Assembly (NCBI GenBank): GCA_050633245.1
Contig: JBOEGD010000011.1
Span: forward strand, 288,001-352,000
Reading direction: 5' to 3'
DNA length: 64,000 bases
Origin: Calditrichia bacterium
GTDB taxonomy: Bacteria > Calditrichota > Calditrichia > RBG-13-44-9 > J075
Shown: positions 1-10,387 of the stretch, piece by piece
Numbering within the stretch: the first letter of the stretch is position 1
Layout: the number at the start of each line of letters is the position of its first letter
Notes under the pieces: generated by a model
Told to the model about the DNA's origin: nothing
Databases searched by the model: none
Seen by the model: only the letters and a program-made list of their open reading frames with translations
Made by a program: the position numbers and the translations under genes

Positions 1-4
1 CGGA

Positions 5-2629
5 TTGCTGGTGACGAACTTTATTAGCCTCGAAGCACTGGTAGATACCAGAGTAATTCGTCTGTTGGCCGGTCAACATCTTGCTGAAAGTCCTACGCTG
101 TATCGCATATTTGCTTTTTTACTCAGCCTTTTCCTTCCGGTATTATTTTACTGTATTTATCTGATTTTCGTAAATGATGTGCTTCGCAAGGTATCCCTTA
201 GCGATAAACAGACGGTTCTTACATTGTTGCGAAAGAGCGTTTCCGTAGCTGGTGTGCTGGCGATTATATTGCTGACGTTGATTATGGCAGTGCGCTATCT
301 CGGTTTACCAAACTGGCTTTACGAAACGGTTAATCAGGCTCAGGTTAGCTCATCATCCTTTCTGAAAAAAACCTATAATGAGGGCACCAATCAACCTGAA
401 TTCGATTTGAATGATTATGCACAGCTGCTCCCCGAAGTGGAGCTGTCGGACGAGACGGTTTTTTGTACCTATATAGACAACTTTCTGCCGACTGAAACGG
501 GTGAAAACGTTCCGCTGCCGCTGCATTTTCGCCGATTTGTGTTAAATAGATTCGAGCCGGCAAGTGAAAAGTTTGTCCTTGATCCATATCCGCCATCCGC
601 TATTCCAAACGATTTATTCTCGCCTTCGACGAAGGATGTGCCTATTGGTTTTTCAATTGAAGACCCAATAATCGAGAAAGAGACAAAAGCATACGATAAT
701 CGCAAAAACGTCGCCTCAACTGTTTATGTGCAGGCGCTGAATCCCGATGCTTATCTGGCACCAAATACCGGTTATTCCTATCAGCGGCTGCCCGTTCCAC
801 CGGAAGACAAAGAGACCTTTCATACCGTCTATCAATGTTCGTCTCTGGTGTCTATTTGGAATCTGCCTCCTTTTGTTTACAGCTCAACTCAGCCAGATCT
901 GGTTGATTATCGTGAACTGCGCGCAAAAGAGCTGAGAAAGAACCGTGGATATGAGAAGATTGATTCCACGTTTATGCAATACTATACACAGTACGACACC
1001 ACGGATTCGTTGATACGAATGTTGTCTAATAATCTTACTGAAGGAATTAGCAATCCATACGAAAAGGTCGATGCGATCGTCAATTATATGACCGGCGATG
1101 AAGAAGATGGCGAACCGAGATTTACTTACACGTTAAAGCCCGGTTCACCCGAAGATGTGAATCAATCTTTGATGCACTATTTCCTTTTTGACAACAAACA
1201 GGGTTACTGCACTTATTTTGCCGGTGCGACAACACTGCTTCTGAGAGCTGCAGGAATCCCATGTCGCATGGTTGTAGGCTATGCTATATTCGACCGTAGT
1301 AATAAAAATACCGGGTGGTACTGGGTCTATGCCGATCAGGGACATGCCTGGCTGGAAGTCTATTTCCCCGAGCATGGCTGGATTGATTTCGATACAACAC
1401 CCAGCGATGATACCGAGCCGAACCGTCCGCCCAAGCCCGATGCAACACCACCGGAATATGCTCGCGAACCGTTTCTGGCACTACTTGGCCAGGTTACCGG
1501 CTATACGGCAGACTCAACGGCACTGCTGGTAAAGCCATACACCATGCGTTACAAAAGTAAAGCATACGAAATAACCGAAGATGAAACTGAAGTAGTTTCA
1601 ATTCGCCCTAATGGCGGTGTGGTTACTGTCGACGGTGAAAAGCGCAAGATTGGTGATTTCAAGATTGGCGCCAAAACGGTGGTTTCTGCTTATTCGTTCG
1701 ATTATGATCTGGAAAAGGTCAGAAGATATCGTGGCAGACAATCATTTATGAGCTTCTATAAAAAGTATTTCCCAAAAGAAGTATCCGTTGACGAAGCGAT
1801 TATTGTCTACGAGGATGAAACGGATAATACCGGACAGGTATTTGCCGTGAACGGCTTCTTACAAAGCGTTGATGTCGACTCTGGCTATCTTACGGTGCTG
1901 CCACAAACGATTACCTATCGCGAAAAGAGCTATCCAATTGAACCGCGAAAAGCACGGCCAATTGTGCTAAAACCGGAAGAAGCGGTTATTTATAGCGATA
2001 ATAAAAAGGTCGCGCTTAACCAGATTGTCATAAGCGACTCAATGCGTATTACTGCCGAGTCGAGTTCGTCCCAACTGCACGAAATAAAGCCATTTTTAGC
2101 AACTGAGCCGTTTCGCGTGTGGTTCCGGAATTCTTTCCCGGAGATCATCCCGATAGATAAGGCGAGTCTTGAACTTCCAGCCGTTCCTATCGCACAACGA
2201 ATTGGTTGGGGACTTCTATTCACTGCTCTTGCTGTGGTAGTTGGTCTGCTGCTCTTGGCAACGCTGCTCTATCTATATCTTACCGCTCGTAGTCGTGCTG
2301 CGAATGCCAGCCAGAAGCCCTATTGGGTTTATCAGTACGCCATGATGGTGTTGAATCAGCTAGGATTTACGCGATCTCGACAAACACCAATGGAATATGC
2401 TGAAACGGCTGTTGATCCCGCTTTAAGCACCGAGTTCAGACAGTTTATGAGCTTATATCAAAAGTCGAAATATGCCCCTCAGGGCCTTGCTCCGGCAGAG
2501 GAAGAATTTCTTGCCGAGTTCAAGGAGCAGTTTTCAGGCAAACTGTTTAAGGCTATTCCGAAGAAGAAAGTTCTGCTCGATTTTCTGGATTTCCGTCGAG
2601 CACTACGCTATTTGTTTGCAAGAAATTAG
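5..2629 (+). CDS. Membrane transglutaminase-like (TgpA-type) protein, probably 5'-truncated by the window edge; tandem-duplicated domain and DUF4129-like C-terminus
   Basis: Cys-His-Asp motifs GYCTYFAGA...LRAAGIPCRMVVGY, HAWLEVYF and WIDFDTTP; hydrophobic helices near the N-terminus and at about aa 735-760. Confidence 0.88.
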   Translation: MLVTNFISLEALVDTRVIRLLAGQHLAESPTLYRIFAFLLSLFLPVLFYCIYLIFVNDVLRKVSLSDKQTVLTLLRKSVSVAGVLAIILLTLIMAVRYLGLPNWLYETVNQAQVSSSSFLKKTYNEGTNQPEFDLNDYAQLLPEVELSDETVFCTYIDNFLPTETGENVPLPLHFRRFVLNRFEPASEKFVLDPYPPSAIPNDLFSPSTKDVPIGFSIEDPIIEKETKAYDNRKNVASTVYVQALNPDAYLAPNTGYSYQRLPVPPEDKETFHTVYQCSSLVSIWNLPPFVYSSTQPDLVDYRELRAKELRKNRGYEKIDSTFMQYYTQYDTTDSLIRMLSNNLTEGISNPYEKVDAIVNYMTGDEEDGEPRFTYTLKPGSPEDVNQSLMHYFLFDNKQGYCTYFAGATTLLLRAAGIPCRMVVGYAIFDRSNKNTGWYWVYADQGHAWLEVYFPEHGWIDFDTTPSDDTEPNRPPKPDATPPEYAREPFLALLGQVTGYTADSTALLVKPYTMRYKSKAYEITEDETEVVSIRPNGGVVTVDGEKRKIGDFKIGAKTVVSAYSFDYDLEKVRRYRGRQSFMSFYKKYFPKEVSVDEAIIVYEDETDNTGQVFAVNGFLQSVDVDSGYLTVLPQTITYREKSYPIEPRKARPIVLKPEEAVIYSDNKKVALNQIVISDSMRITAESSSSQLHEIKPFLATEPFRVWFRNSFPEIIPIDKASLELPAVPIAQRIGWGLLFTALAVVVGLLLLATLLYLYLTARSRAANASQKPYWVYQYAMMVLNQLGFTRSRQTPMEYAETAVDPALSTEFRQFMSLYQKSKYAPQGLAPAEEEFLAEFKEQFSGKLFKAIPKKKVLLDFLDFRRALRYLFARN

Positions 2630-2671
2630 ATTACCATATATTGATTCTGATTAGCTAAGAAGGAACCTGTT

Positions 2672-3688
2672 ATGACTGAAGCTGAAAACACCGCGCCAGC
2701 AGAGCTGAGTAGCGAATTCACTGAGAAAATAAGTGCACTTTCCGCAAGTATCGGCAAAATTATTCGCGGAAAAGACAATGAAATAGCCAAAGTGATTACC
2801 TGTATGATCGCCGGCGGTCACATGCTGATGGAAGACCTGCCCGGCTTGGGAAAAACATCGATGGCCAAAGCCTTGGCTTATTCTATAGCCGGAGAGCATT
2901 CTGGTGATAAAGGCGACGATAAAAGCGTTGCTTTTAAGCGAATTCAGTTTACGCCAGATCTGCTGCCGATGGATTTGATCGGCACGTATATTTTTGATGA
3001 CAAGAATAAGGACTTCATTTTTAAGCAGGGTCCTATATTCGCAAATATCGTTTTGGCTGATGAAATAAATCGGGCCTCGCCGAAAGTTCAGTCTGCACTT
3101 CTCGAATGTATGGCTGAAAGTCAGGTCACGGTTGCAGAGCAAACGTATCCGTTGGATGATTTTTTCTTTGTTATCGGAACTCAGAATCCAATTGAATTCG
3201 AAGGCACCTATCCATTGCCGGCTGCTCAGCTTGACAGATTCTATATGAAGATCGATTTTGGCTATGCTTCGGAAGATAAGGAGCTGGAGATCTATCAAAA
3301 TTATCGCCAGATCAATAAAATTCGAGAAACACTCAGTCCGGTCGTGAGCTATAAAGATATTCTGTCGCTACGCGAACAGTCGGATATCGTTCATGTTCAT
3401 GATGAGATCATTCGCTCGGTAAATAACATTGTTCGTGCAACACGAGATGACGGCACTATTCGCCTCGGTGCCTCGACAAGAGGTGGCATTCTGTTTATTA
3501 AGTGCTTACGGGCTTTTGCTCTGGTGAAAGGACGAACGTACGTAATTGAGGATGATATTAAGGCGCTTGCAAAAGAAGTGTTGAACCATCGTATGCAATA
3601 CAAAAGTCCGGATGCAAAGGATACGGCTCTTGATGCTATCGTACATCGCGAACTTGAGCGACTTGCTGCACTGCGACTTTGGGACTAA
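2672..3688 (+). CDS. MoxR family AAA+ ATPase
   Basis: EDLPGLGKT Walker A, RIQFTPDLLPMD, LADEINRASPKVQSALLECM, TQNPIEFEGTYPLPAAQLDRF. Confidence 0.95.
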   Translation: MTEAENTAPAELSSEFTEKISALSASIGKIIRGKDNEIAKVITCMIAGGHMLMEDLPGLGKTSMAKALAYSIAGEHSGDKGDDKSVAFKRIQFTPDLLPMDLIGTYIFDDKNKDFIFKQGPIFANIVLADEINRASPKVQSALLECMAESQVTVAEQTYPLDDFFFVIGTQNPIEFEGTYPLPAAQLDRFYMKIDFGYASEDKELEIYQNYRQINKIRETLSPVVSYKDILSLREQSDIVHVHDEIIRSVNNIVRATRDDGTIRLGASTRGGILFIKCLRAFALVKGRTYVIEDDIKALAKEVLNHRMQYKSPDAKDTALDAIVHRELERLAALRLWD

Positions 3689-3701
3689 TTGGAGACTTTT
3701 T

Positions 3702-5723
3702 ATGCTGAAAACTCAGCTCAAAATAATTGCCCTGTTTGCAATAGTGCTTTTTTTGTTGCCCGATATGCTCCAGGCTCAGGGTAAAGCTGCTGCGCGTACG
3801 AAGATCGATTCCCTGCGATGGGGCTTCGATTACAAATCTGCGGAAGCCTATAAACGTGCTAACCAGGCAAAACAGCTCGATAGCACCTACTATGTCTCGC
3901 ACCTGATCGAAGGCCTGCACTACTACGACAAGGCCGAGGAGCATAGCGGATTACAGCGCGCTGTTGCGCCAATTCGCAAGGCTCTCAACTGCTTTGTTGC
4001 TGACTTTGGTCGCGTAATTCCCCGGCGGTTTTCGCAGGATCAAATTAGGCAAGGTGCCTGGAAAGATATTCTGAAGCAAATAGACTATTTGATGCTTGCC
4101 GGAACATTGGTCGAATGCTTTCAATCCCTCGAACAGCCCGACTCAACATATGCAGCCTTAATCGAGCTAAAAAGTCGCAATATGCCGTTCGATTTTAGGT
4201 CGCAGCAGGGGCTGGCCTGGCTGTATTTTCGTAGTCGGATTTATACCAGTGAAAAGTATCCTTTTTTGAAGGCTTCAATCGAAGACAATATCGCAACGGC
4301 ATTTCTGTACACGGACAGTCTTGAGGCGAAGTATAAAAAGAATCTCTGGTACCTGCGCAATCAGCTGCTAGGCACATTTCCCAGCGATAGTCCGTTTTAC
4401 GATTTTTTCAAAGGCGCTTATATTGATCAGCCCAAAAGTTATGTCTCTAATACGCGCGGTATTCTTTATGGCTATCAGCTCGATCAAAAGAAATCAGTTC
4501 GATTCTTCAAGCAAATGAAGGGCGAAGAGAATCTTGCGAAGATCGTTAACCTGGGCTATGCCTATCATTCCGATCTCGATCTAAGATCGTCTGAAGACTA
4601 TTTTGGCAATGTCCCGGATCTTGGAACGAAGGGACGCGGTGGACACTGGCAGGGATATTCTACAGTTTTCGTGTTCAAAAACAAACCTCTTGAGGGTGTT
4701 GCAAAGCTATTCGAAGAGCGTGGTGAAAGTGGATTTACAATCGGATACGGTTGGGACAATCTTTGTCTGGCGCGCATGCAAATCTACAGCGGCTTACTAG
4801 ACGAGGCAGAATTGTCTCTGAATAAGGCGGACAAATTTACCGAGGTGCACTTCAACACCTCTTTTCGAGAAGATCAGTATCGATTTATGCTGCGAACACT
4901 ACGGTTACTGCATCACGATTATAAGCTGAAGGCACATCGTTTTGAAGATCGCAACCGCTGGTTCTCGCTGGCGTGGTGGCGCGATGCTCCTCGCTTGGGT
5001 TATTTGAAATACAGTGGCGTGTATGAGTTGGCCAATGAGTTGGCTCTAAATCCGGAGCGGGAGAACGTCTATTATCATTTATTCCATTCTGAGTCAATTA
5101 TTAGTTTTGATGAGCTATGGACTATTATTCGTAACTACAACCATGGCTTTTTTCGTAAACTGTTTACTCGCGTCTCCCAGAATGACCCACGAGAGGGAAT
5201 CGATCGATATTATCAATATTTTCGCGGCCGTCTTTTGCAGGAAGAAGAGTTATATGAACGCGCATATAACAAGCTGACGGAAATTCTTTCCGATCCGAAG
5301 CTGGACAAAGAATATGAGCGCTTGTTAATTGGTCGCATCCAGGAAAATCTTTACAATATCGCTGCTGAAGAAGAGTGGGAGCCACAGCGGCTCTATCACT
5401 TGGTGCAACTTTATCAAGTTTATCCTCAGCTTATTCCTTTCTCCAACGTGATAATGGGATTCCGGATGACGCTTTCTGATGAACTACAAAACTCGAATGA
5501 TCCGCATCTTCTGCGAACTTTCGATCAGCTGAGAAGCTGTAATATCGATCTGGAAACGAATGCCGAAGAGTATCCTGAGCTAACACTGGAACTGGATGCA
5601 GAAGGACGATTGATGTTTCAGGTCGTTGTGTTGCAAGATCCTTTTGTACGCGGTAGTGTCGATATTAAAAATGAGGATGCCGGGAAGCGGCTTGCCTATC
5701 AGTTGTTTAAGATTCAACGCTAG
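3702..5723 (+). CDS. Exported helical (TPR-like) hypothetical protein
   Basis: ATG at 3702 with GGAG at 3691-3694; signal-peptide-like MLKTQLKIIALFAIVLFLLPDMLQAQ; amphipathic helical segments (NLGYAY, CLARMQIYSGLLDEAELSLNKA). Confidence 0.75.
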   Translation: MLKTQLKIIALFAIVLFLLPDMLQAQGKAAARTKIDSLRWGFDYKSAEAYKRANQAKQLDSTYYVSHLIEGLHYYDKAEEHSGLQRAVAPIRKALNCFVADFGRVIPRRFSQDQIRQGAWKDILKQIDYLMLAGTLVECFQSLEQPDSTYAALIELKSRNMPFDFRSQQGLAWLYFRSRIYTSEKYPFLKASIEDNIATAFLYTDSLEAKYKKNLWYLRNQLLGTFPSDSPFYDFFKGAYIDQPKSYVSNTRGILYGYQLDQKKSVRFFKQMKGEENLAKIVNLGYAYHSDLDLRSSEDYFGNVPDLGTKGRGGHWQGYSTVFVFKNKPLEGVAKLFEERGESGFTIGYGWDNLCLARMQIYSGLLDEAELSLNKADKFTEVHFNTSFREDQYRFMLRTLRLLHHDYKLKAHRFEDRNRWFSLAWWRDAPRLGYLKYSGVYELANELALNPERENVYYHLFHSESIISFDELWTIIRNYNHGFFRKLFTRVSQNDPREGIDRYYQYFRGRLLQEEELYERAYNKLTEILSDPKLDKEYERLLIGRIQENLYNIAAEEEWEPQRLYHLVQLYQVYPQLIPFSNVIMGFRMTLSDELQNSNDPHLLRTFDQLRSCNIDLETNAEEYPELTLELDAEGRLMFQVVVLQDPFVRGSVDIKNEDAGKRLAYQLFKIQR

Positions 5724-5807
5724 TTCTTCTTCTTTTTTTAATCCCGCTTGTTTTGAACATTCCGGAGTAGTATATCTTTTGTCAACCTATTCTGGAATGT
5801 ATCATCA

Positions 5808-7166
5808 ATGTCTAATTTAATCCAGCAAACTGGCCAGCATGGCACTTATGCCGATATGAAGGTTACCTTCAATATGAGCATGCCAATTATTATGGCTCAG
5901 CTTGCCCAAATTTCACTCGGTTTTATCGATACCGTTATGGCCGGCAACCTTAGCTCTCTCGATCTCGCCTCTGTTGCAATTGGGCGAACTGTCTATATCC
6001 CGGTCTTTATTTTTGTTCTGGGAATTTTGCTCGCTGTAACTCCGATTGTTGCTCAAAATCTTGGGGCTGGTAAGCGAGAAGGGCTCGAAAAGTCTTTCTG
6101 GCAGGGGATTTGGGTTGGATTAATGCTTGTTATTCCCAGTATTCTGTTAGTTCGAAATATGGACTGGCTACTTCATATAATGGATGTAAAGCCTGAAATT
6201 ATACCCATCAGCATGGCTTACTTAAAAGCTGTAGCCTGGTCTTTGCCGGCCGCCTTTTTTTACCTTGTGTATCGTTTCTTTAATGATGGAATAGGCATTT
6301 CTCGGCCACACATGTATCTGGCATTTGCCGCAATACCACTCAACATTATTCTCAATTACATATTTATGTATGATGGGTTCGGCATTGACGGAATGGGTGC
6401 CGAAGGAGCCGGTTGGGCAACGACATTGGTCTGGTATTTTATGCTGATCTCGATGGTTATTCTCTCACGAACCCTCAGTTCTTTGCGTGACCATTTTTCC
6501 TTTCGGGATATTTCTGCGCCAGACTGGCCGCAAATTCGTGAGATCTTTTATATTGGCGGTCCAAATGGTCTTGGTTTGGGGATGGAAATAAGTATGTTCG
6601 CCGCAGCTGCTCTGATGATTGGTTCTATGAGCGTTACTGCTCTTGCCGGTCACCAAATTGCTTTAAATGTTGCCTCAATTACGTTTATGGTGCCACTCGG
6701 CGTTTCTATTGCAACTACTGCCAGGGTTGGCTATGCAGTTGGAGAGAAGAATCCCGCGGGCGCGCGCAAGGCAGGGGAGAGTGGAATATATCTTTCGCTT
6801 CTCTTTATGTTGCTTACCGGAATAGTGATGATTGTGATGCCGGAGCCATTGATTCACCTCTATACGAAGGAACCCGAAACCATCGCGGTAGGCGCTTCCT
6901 TGCTGTTTTTCGCTGCGATCTTTCAATTGCCAGACGGACTGCAGGTGAGTGCTGCCGGAGCTCTGCGGGGTATGAAAGATACCCGCATTCCGATGCTTGT
7001 AAACTTTGTGTCGTACTGGATTGTTGGAATTCCTGCCGGTTATTGGCTTGGACTGAAAATGGGATTTGGTCCGCAAGGCCTTTGGGTTGGACTTATTCTC
7101 GGCCTGACCGTTGCGGCATTTGCGCATACGTCGCGCTTTCTGAATTTGGTTCGCAAAGTAAAGTAA
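5808..7166 (+). CDS. MATE family multidrug efflux transporter (NorM-like)
   Basis: GFIDTVMAGNL, PDGLQVSAAGALRGMKDT, about 12 TM segments. Confidence 0.92.
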   Translation: MSNLIQQTGQHGTYADMKVTFNMSMPIIMAQLAQISLGFIDTVMAGNLSSLDLASVAIGRTVYIPVFIFVLGILLAVTPIVAQNLGAGKREGLEKSFWQGIWVGLMLVIPSILLVRNMDWLLHIMDVKPEIIPISMAYLKAVAWSLPAAFFYLVYRFFNDGIGISRPHMYLAFAAIPLNIILNYIFMYDGFGIDGMGAEGAGWATTLVWYFMLISMVILSRTLSSLRDHFSFRDISAPDWPQIREIFYIGGPNGLGLGMEISMFAAAALMIGSMSVTALAGHQIALNVASITFMVPLGVSIATTARVGYAVGEKNPAGARKAGESGIYLSLLFMLLTGIVMIVMPEPLIHLYTKEPETIAVGASLLFFAAIFQLPDGLQVSAAGALRGMKDTRIPMLVNFVSYWIVGIPAGYWLGLKMGFGPQGLWVGLILGLTVAAFAHTSRFLNLVRKVK

Positions 7167-7230
7167 CGTTGTTAATCGTCCAATTACGGGGCTTACATGC
7201 CGTAACGATGTTTAAAATACCATAAGTCGA

Positions 7231-7259
7231 TTGACAACTACTCCCAGAAACAATATCTT
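7231..7259 (+). promoter_or_regulatory. Sigma70-type promoter upstream of the Ca/Na antiporter
   Basis: TTGACA (7231-7236), 17-nt spacer, TATCTT (7254-7259). Confidence 0.65.
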
Positions 7260-7301
7260 CAACCCTTAACCGCCCTGCAACACAACTAATCCGGGATATC
7301 T

Positions 7302-8243
7302 ATGGATCTTTTAACTCCACTTGCTGTTTTTGCCGTTAGCCTTGCGGTCTTAATTAAAGCGTCTGACTACTTTACCGCCGCGGCTGAAGAAATTGGAATA
7401 ATTTGTGGGATGTCCCCGTTTGCTGTTGGCGTTATTATTGTTTCAGTAGGAACATCGCTACCGGAGCTTATCTCTTCACTGGTCGCAGTTGCATCAAATT
7501 CCCCGGAGATTGTGGCCGGTAACGTTATTGGCTCCAATGTTGCCAATATCTTTCTCATCCTTGGTATAGGAGCGATAATTGGTAAAGAATTAACCATTAA
7601 ACATGATCTTATACGGGTAGACCTGCCGCTACTTCTCGCCTCGGCGTTTTTTCTGGCACTAACGTGCTGGGATGGAATGTTCTCTCGCGGCGAGGCCGTA
7701 ATGTTCCTGCTGGCACTCATTATCTTTCTGGCTTATCTGCTGAAAGACGGAAAGGGCGATATTCAGGGTGTTAATGAAAAGGCAGAGAAGGCAAGCTTTA
7801 CAATAAAGCCGTTTGCGATTATTGTTGTCAGCGCTCTTTTTGTTTTCCTTGGTGCCACTTATACCATTGAATCAGTGATAAAAATATCGGAACTGCTGAA
7901 TGTTGGAAAAGAAGTTGTTGCTGTCAGCGCTGTAGCTTTTGGTACTTCGCTGCCTGAGTTGATGGTAACGATTAGTGCGGTGAAAAAGAAGAATAGTGAA
8001 ATGATCGTAGGGAATGTGCTCGGTTCAAACATATTCAACACCTTTGCTGTTATGGGCTTTCCGGGATTATTCTCTGGGCTTGCTGTTCCAGATAATATGG
8101 TAAGCACCGGAATTACTACCATGCTGATTGCGTCTGTTCTGTTTTTTGGTGTAACCCAAGACAAGCACGTTACCCGTTGGGAAGGCTTTATGTTCGTTCT
8201 GATGTATTCTTATTTTATTGGAAAAATATTCAACCTGTTTTAG
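7302..8243 (+). CDS. Calcium/sodium antiporter (CaCA, YrbG-like)
   Basis: Two alpha repeats GTSLPEL...GNVIGSNVANI and GTSLPEL...GNVLGSNIFN. Confidence 0.93.
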   Translation: MDLLTPLAVFAVSLAVLIKASDYFTAAAEEIGIICGMSPFAVGVIIVSVGTSLPELISSLVAVASNSPEIVAGNVIGSNVANIFLILGIGAIIGKELTIKHDLIRVDLPLLLASAFFLALTCWDGMFSRGEAVMFLLALIIFLAYLLKDGKGDIQGVNEKAEKASFTIKPFAIIVVSALFVFLGATYTIESVIKISELLNVGKEVVAVSAVAFGTSLPELMVTISAVKKKNSEMIVGNVLGSNIFNTFAVMGFPGLFSGLAVPDNMVSTGITTMLIASVLFFGVTQDKHVTRWEGFMFVLMYSYFIGKIFNLF

Positions 8244-8255
8244 AGAAAGTAAATT

Positions 8256-8921
8256 ATGCCGACCATTGAATTTAAGTCTGGTTCACGACAAGATGTGGGC
8301 ACCGTGTATTGTATCGGACGCAATTATGCTGCACATGCTAAAGAGCTCAATAATCCGTTACCTTCCGAGCCGATGGTTTTTCTAAAGCCGGCCTCGTCTC
8401 TGGTTGAAGAGGGCGCTGAGCTTGAGTTGCCACCGCAAAGCAACGATGTGCACCATGAGGTAGAAATCGTTGTTGTGTTGAACAAAGGTGGACGTAATTT
8501 ATCACTTGCCGAAGCAAAAAATACAATCTCAGGCTATGCGGTGGGAATAGATGTAACGGCTCGGGACCTACAGCAAAAAGCAAAAGCTAAGGGGCATCCA
8601 TGGAGTGTTGCTAAAGGCTTTGCAACATTTGGCCCACTAAGTCGATTTGTTGAGGTAGCTGAGATTGAAGACCGGGATGCCATTGATGTTGAGCTTAAAA
8701 TAAATGATGAAATTCGCCAGAAGGGCAATAGCCGTGACATGGTTTTTACCATTCCAGCGTTGATTAAACATCTGTCGAGTATTTTTGATCTGCAGCCGGG
8801 GGACCTCGTTTTTACCGGAACGCCTGAAGGTGTCGGCCCAATTTTAAATGGTGATGTATTGAGTGCTTCTCTTGGGAATAATCTTGTTGAGCTGAAAATA
8901 AGCGCAAAAAAAATGAAGTGA
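8256..8921 (+). CDS. Fumarylacetoacetate hydrolase family protein (YcgM/FAHD1-like)
   Basis: CIGRNYAAHAKEL, VHHEVE, DVTARDLQ, PWSVAKGF, GDLVFTGTPEGVG. Confidence 0.93.
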   Translation: MPTIEFKSGSRQDVGTVYCIGRNYAAHAKELNNPLPSEPMVFLKPASSLVEEGAELELPPQSNDVHHEVEIVVVLNKGGRNLSLAEAKNTISGYAVGIDVTARDLQQKAKAKGHPWSVAKGFATFGPLSRFVEVAEIEDRDAIDVELKINDEIRQKGNSRDMVFTIPALIKHLSSIFDLQPGDLVFTGTPEGVGPILNGDVLSASLGNNLVELKISAKKMK

Positions 8922-8953
8922 TGCCATGGAATGGTATAGGATAGGGAGGTAGT

Positions 8954-9586
8954 ATGAAAATCGTTTGTTATCTGATAGTCTGTTTGTTGGGATTGTTTAG
9001 CATGGTAAATGCCCAGGAAAACGAAATGTATGAGCTGACTATTGGTGGAAATAAATTTGATGTGGAGCTAGGAAAAAGTTACACTTTTAATTTGCCCTCA
9101 GGCGAATCGATTCAGGTCTCTGTGCAGCAAAAGGCTGTCACGGCATACAGCGATGACTTTTTGTCTTTTCAGCATCCGCCGGAAAGCATCCCCTCACATA
9201 GTAACGTTCACAATGATTTGGCGCACGTCCAGTTGGTTACTCAGCTTGGCACCTACTACCTGATTCAAGAGCACAGCGCATTTAACGAACTCGATACCGA
9301 GCGGCTTATTCAAATTATTCTCAAAAAGATAAACGCCAAAGAAATTGGAAAAGGCTATACCATTCAACAGATTCCCTTTACAAGAGCCATTTCGGACAGC
9401 GTAACCTTTGAGGGCGTTTTTGCCACAGTTTCAACGCCGAACGACCCGGGATATGAGTGCGTGGTTGCAACCTATGGTTCCGGCACTGAAGGCATTGTCG
9501 TTGTGACCCGCATTCAAAAGGCGTTTTCGAAGACGGATCAGCCGATCTTGGATATGCTCTGGAACACACTAAGAGTAAAGAAATAG
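8954..9586 (+). CDS. Exported hypothetical protein
   Basis: GGAGG RBS; signal-peptide-like N-terminus ending VNA-QE; operonic spacing. Confidence 0.7.
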   Translation: MKIVCYLIVCLLGLFSMVNAQENEMYELTIGGNKFDVELGKSYTFNLPSGESIQVSVQQKAVTAYSDDFLSFQHPPESIPSHSNVHNDLAHVQLVTQLGTYYLIQEHSAFNELDTERLIQIILKKINAKEIGKGYTIQQIPFTRAISDSVTFEGVFATVSTPNDPGYECVVATYGSGTEGIVVVTRIQKAFSKTDQPILDMLWNTLRVKK

Positions 9587-9601
9587 GCGGAGCAGGACGA
9601 C

Positions 9602-10387
9602 ATGGATAGCCAACTCATTCGAGCTTGCCTGGCACATGATGAAATTCTTGTGCATACCTTTGACACACTAAACTCTACAAACACCTGTCTTTTGGAGATG
9701 GCTGCAGAAAACGCTGCAGAGTGGAGTGTGGTTACTGCCGATCAGCAGACGGCAGGGCGGGGACGATATCAGCGAAACTGGCACAGTGCCAGCGGTAAAG
9801 GCCTTTATTTTTCACTCTTGCTCAAGCCGGATATTCCGGTGCGATTCTTCAATTTAATAAATTTGTTCGTTGCCTTGCAGCTGGCAGACTTTTTGGAAGA
9901 TCAGTTCCGCGAGCGAGGAGTTCGGCAATCGTTGCAGTTGAAATGGCCAAATGATTTGTTTCTTAACGGTAAGAAGCTGTGCGGAATTCTTTTAGAAGGT
10001 AGTCTGTCCGGCGGTCAGAACAATACGCTGGTGGTAGGTGTTGGTATAAATGTAAACCATGAGGCCGCCGACTGGCCTGATGAAATAAATGATATTGCGA
10101 TCTCTCTGAGGCAGGCGTCTGAGGGTACCTGGAGCAGAGAATACCTTTTAGCAGGCTTTCTTAATTTATTTTATAAAAATTTTAATGCACAGTTTCCGCA
10201 CAAAATGGGCGAAATTGTTCATCTATATTGGCAGAAAGTAATGAACAGTCGAAAAATGGTGCGCCTCACAATCGCCGGCGAGCTGCAGGAAGGGCTATTT
10301 GCGGGCCTTACCCCGGAAGGCTTTATGCGTCTTGAAAAAGACGGTGTAGAGCAGATCATAGCTACCGGGGAGCTTCTTGCAGGTTAA
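9602..10387 (+). CDS. birA: Biotin--[acetyl-CoA-carboxylase] ligase (no N-terminal HTH)
   Basis: STN, QTAGRGR, LKWPNDL, KKLCGIL, GVGINVN. Confidence 0.93.
   Translation: MDSQLIRACLAHDEILVHTFDTLNSTNTCLLEMAAENAAEWSVVTADQQTAGRGRYQRNWHSASGKGLYFSLLLKPDIPVRFFNLINLFVALQLADFLEDQFRERGVRQSLQLKWPNDLFLNGKKLCGILLEGSLSGGQNNTLVVGVGINVNHEAADWPDEINDIAISLRQASEGTWSREYLLAGFLNLFYKNFNAQFPHKMGEIVHLYWQKVMNSRKMVRLTIAGELQEGLFAGLTPEGFMRLEKDGVEQIIATGELLAG

Noticed and set aside
2651-3298. 215-aa minus-strand ORF
   Set aside because: Antisense shadow of the MoxR gene, with no motifs.
3612-3701. Upstream extensions given by the ORF track (also at 25937, 29375, 35665, 41530, 53465, 57073 and 61142)
   Set aside because: Downstream starts have an RBS, signal peptide or family-typical N-terminus; the extensions overlap neighbours or promoters.
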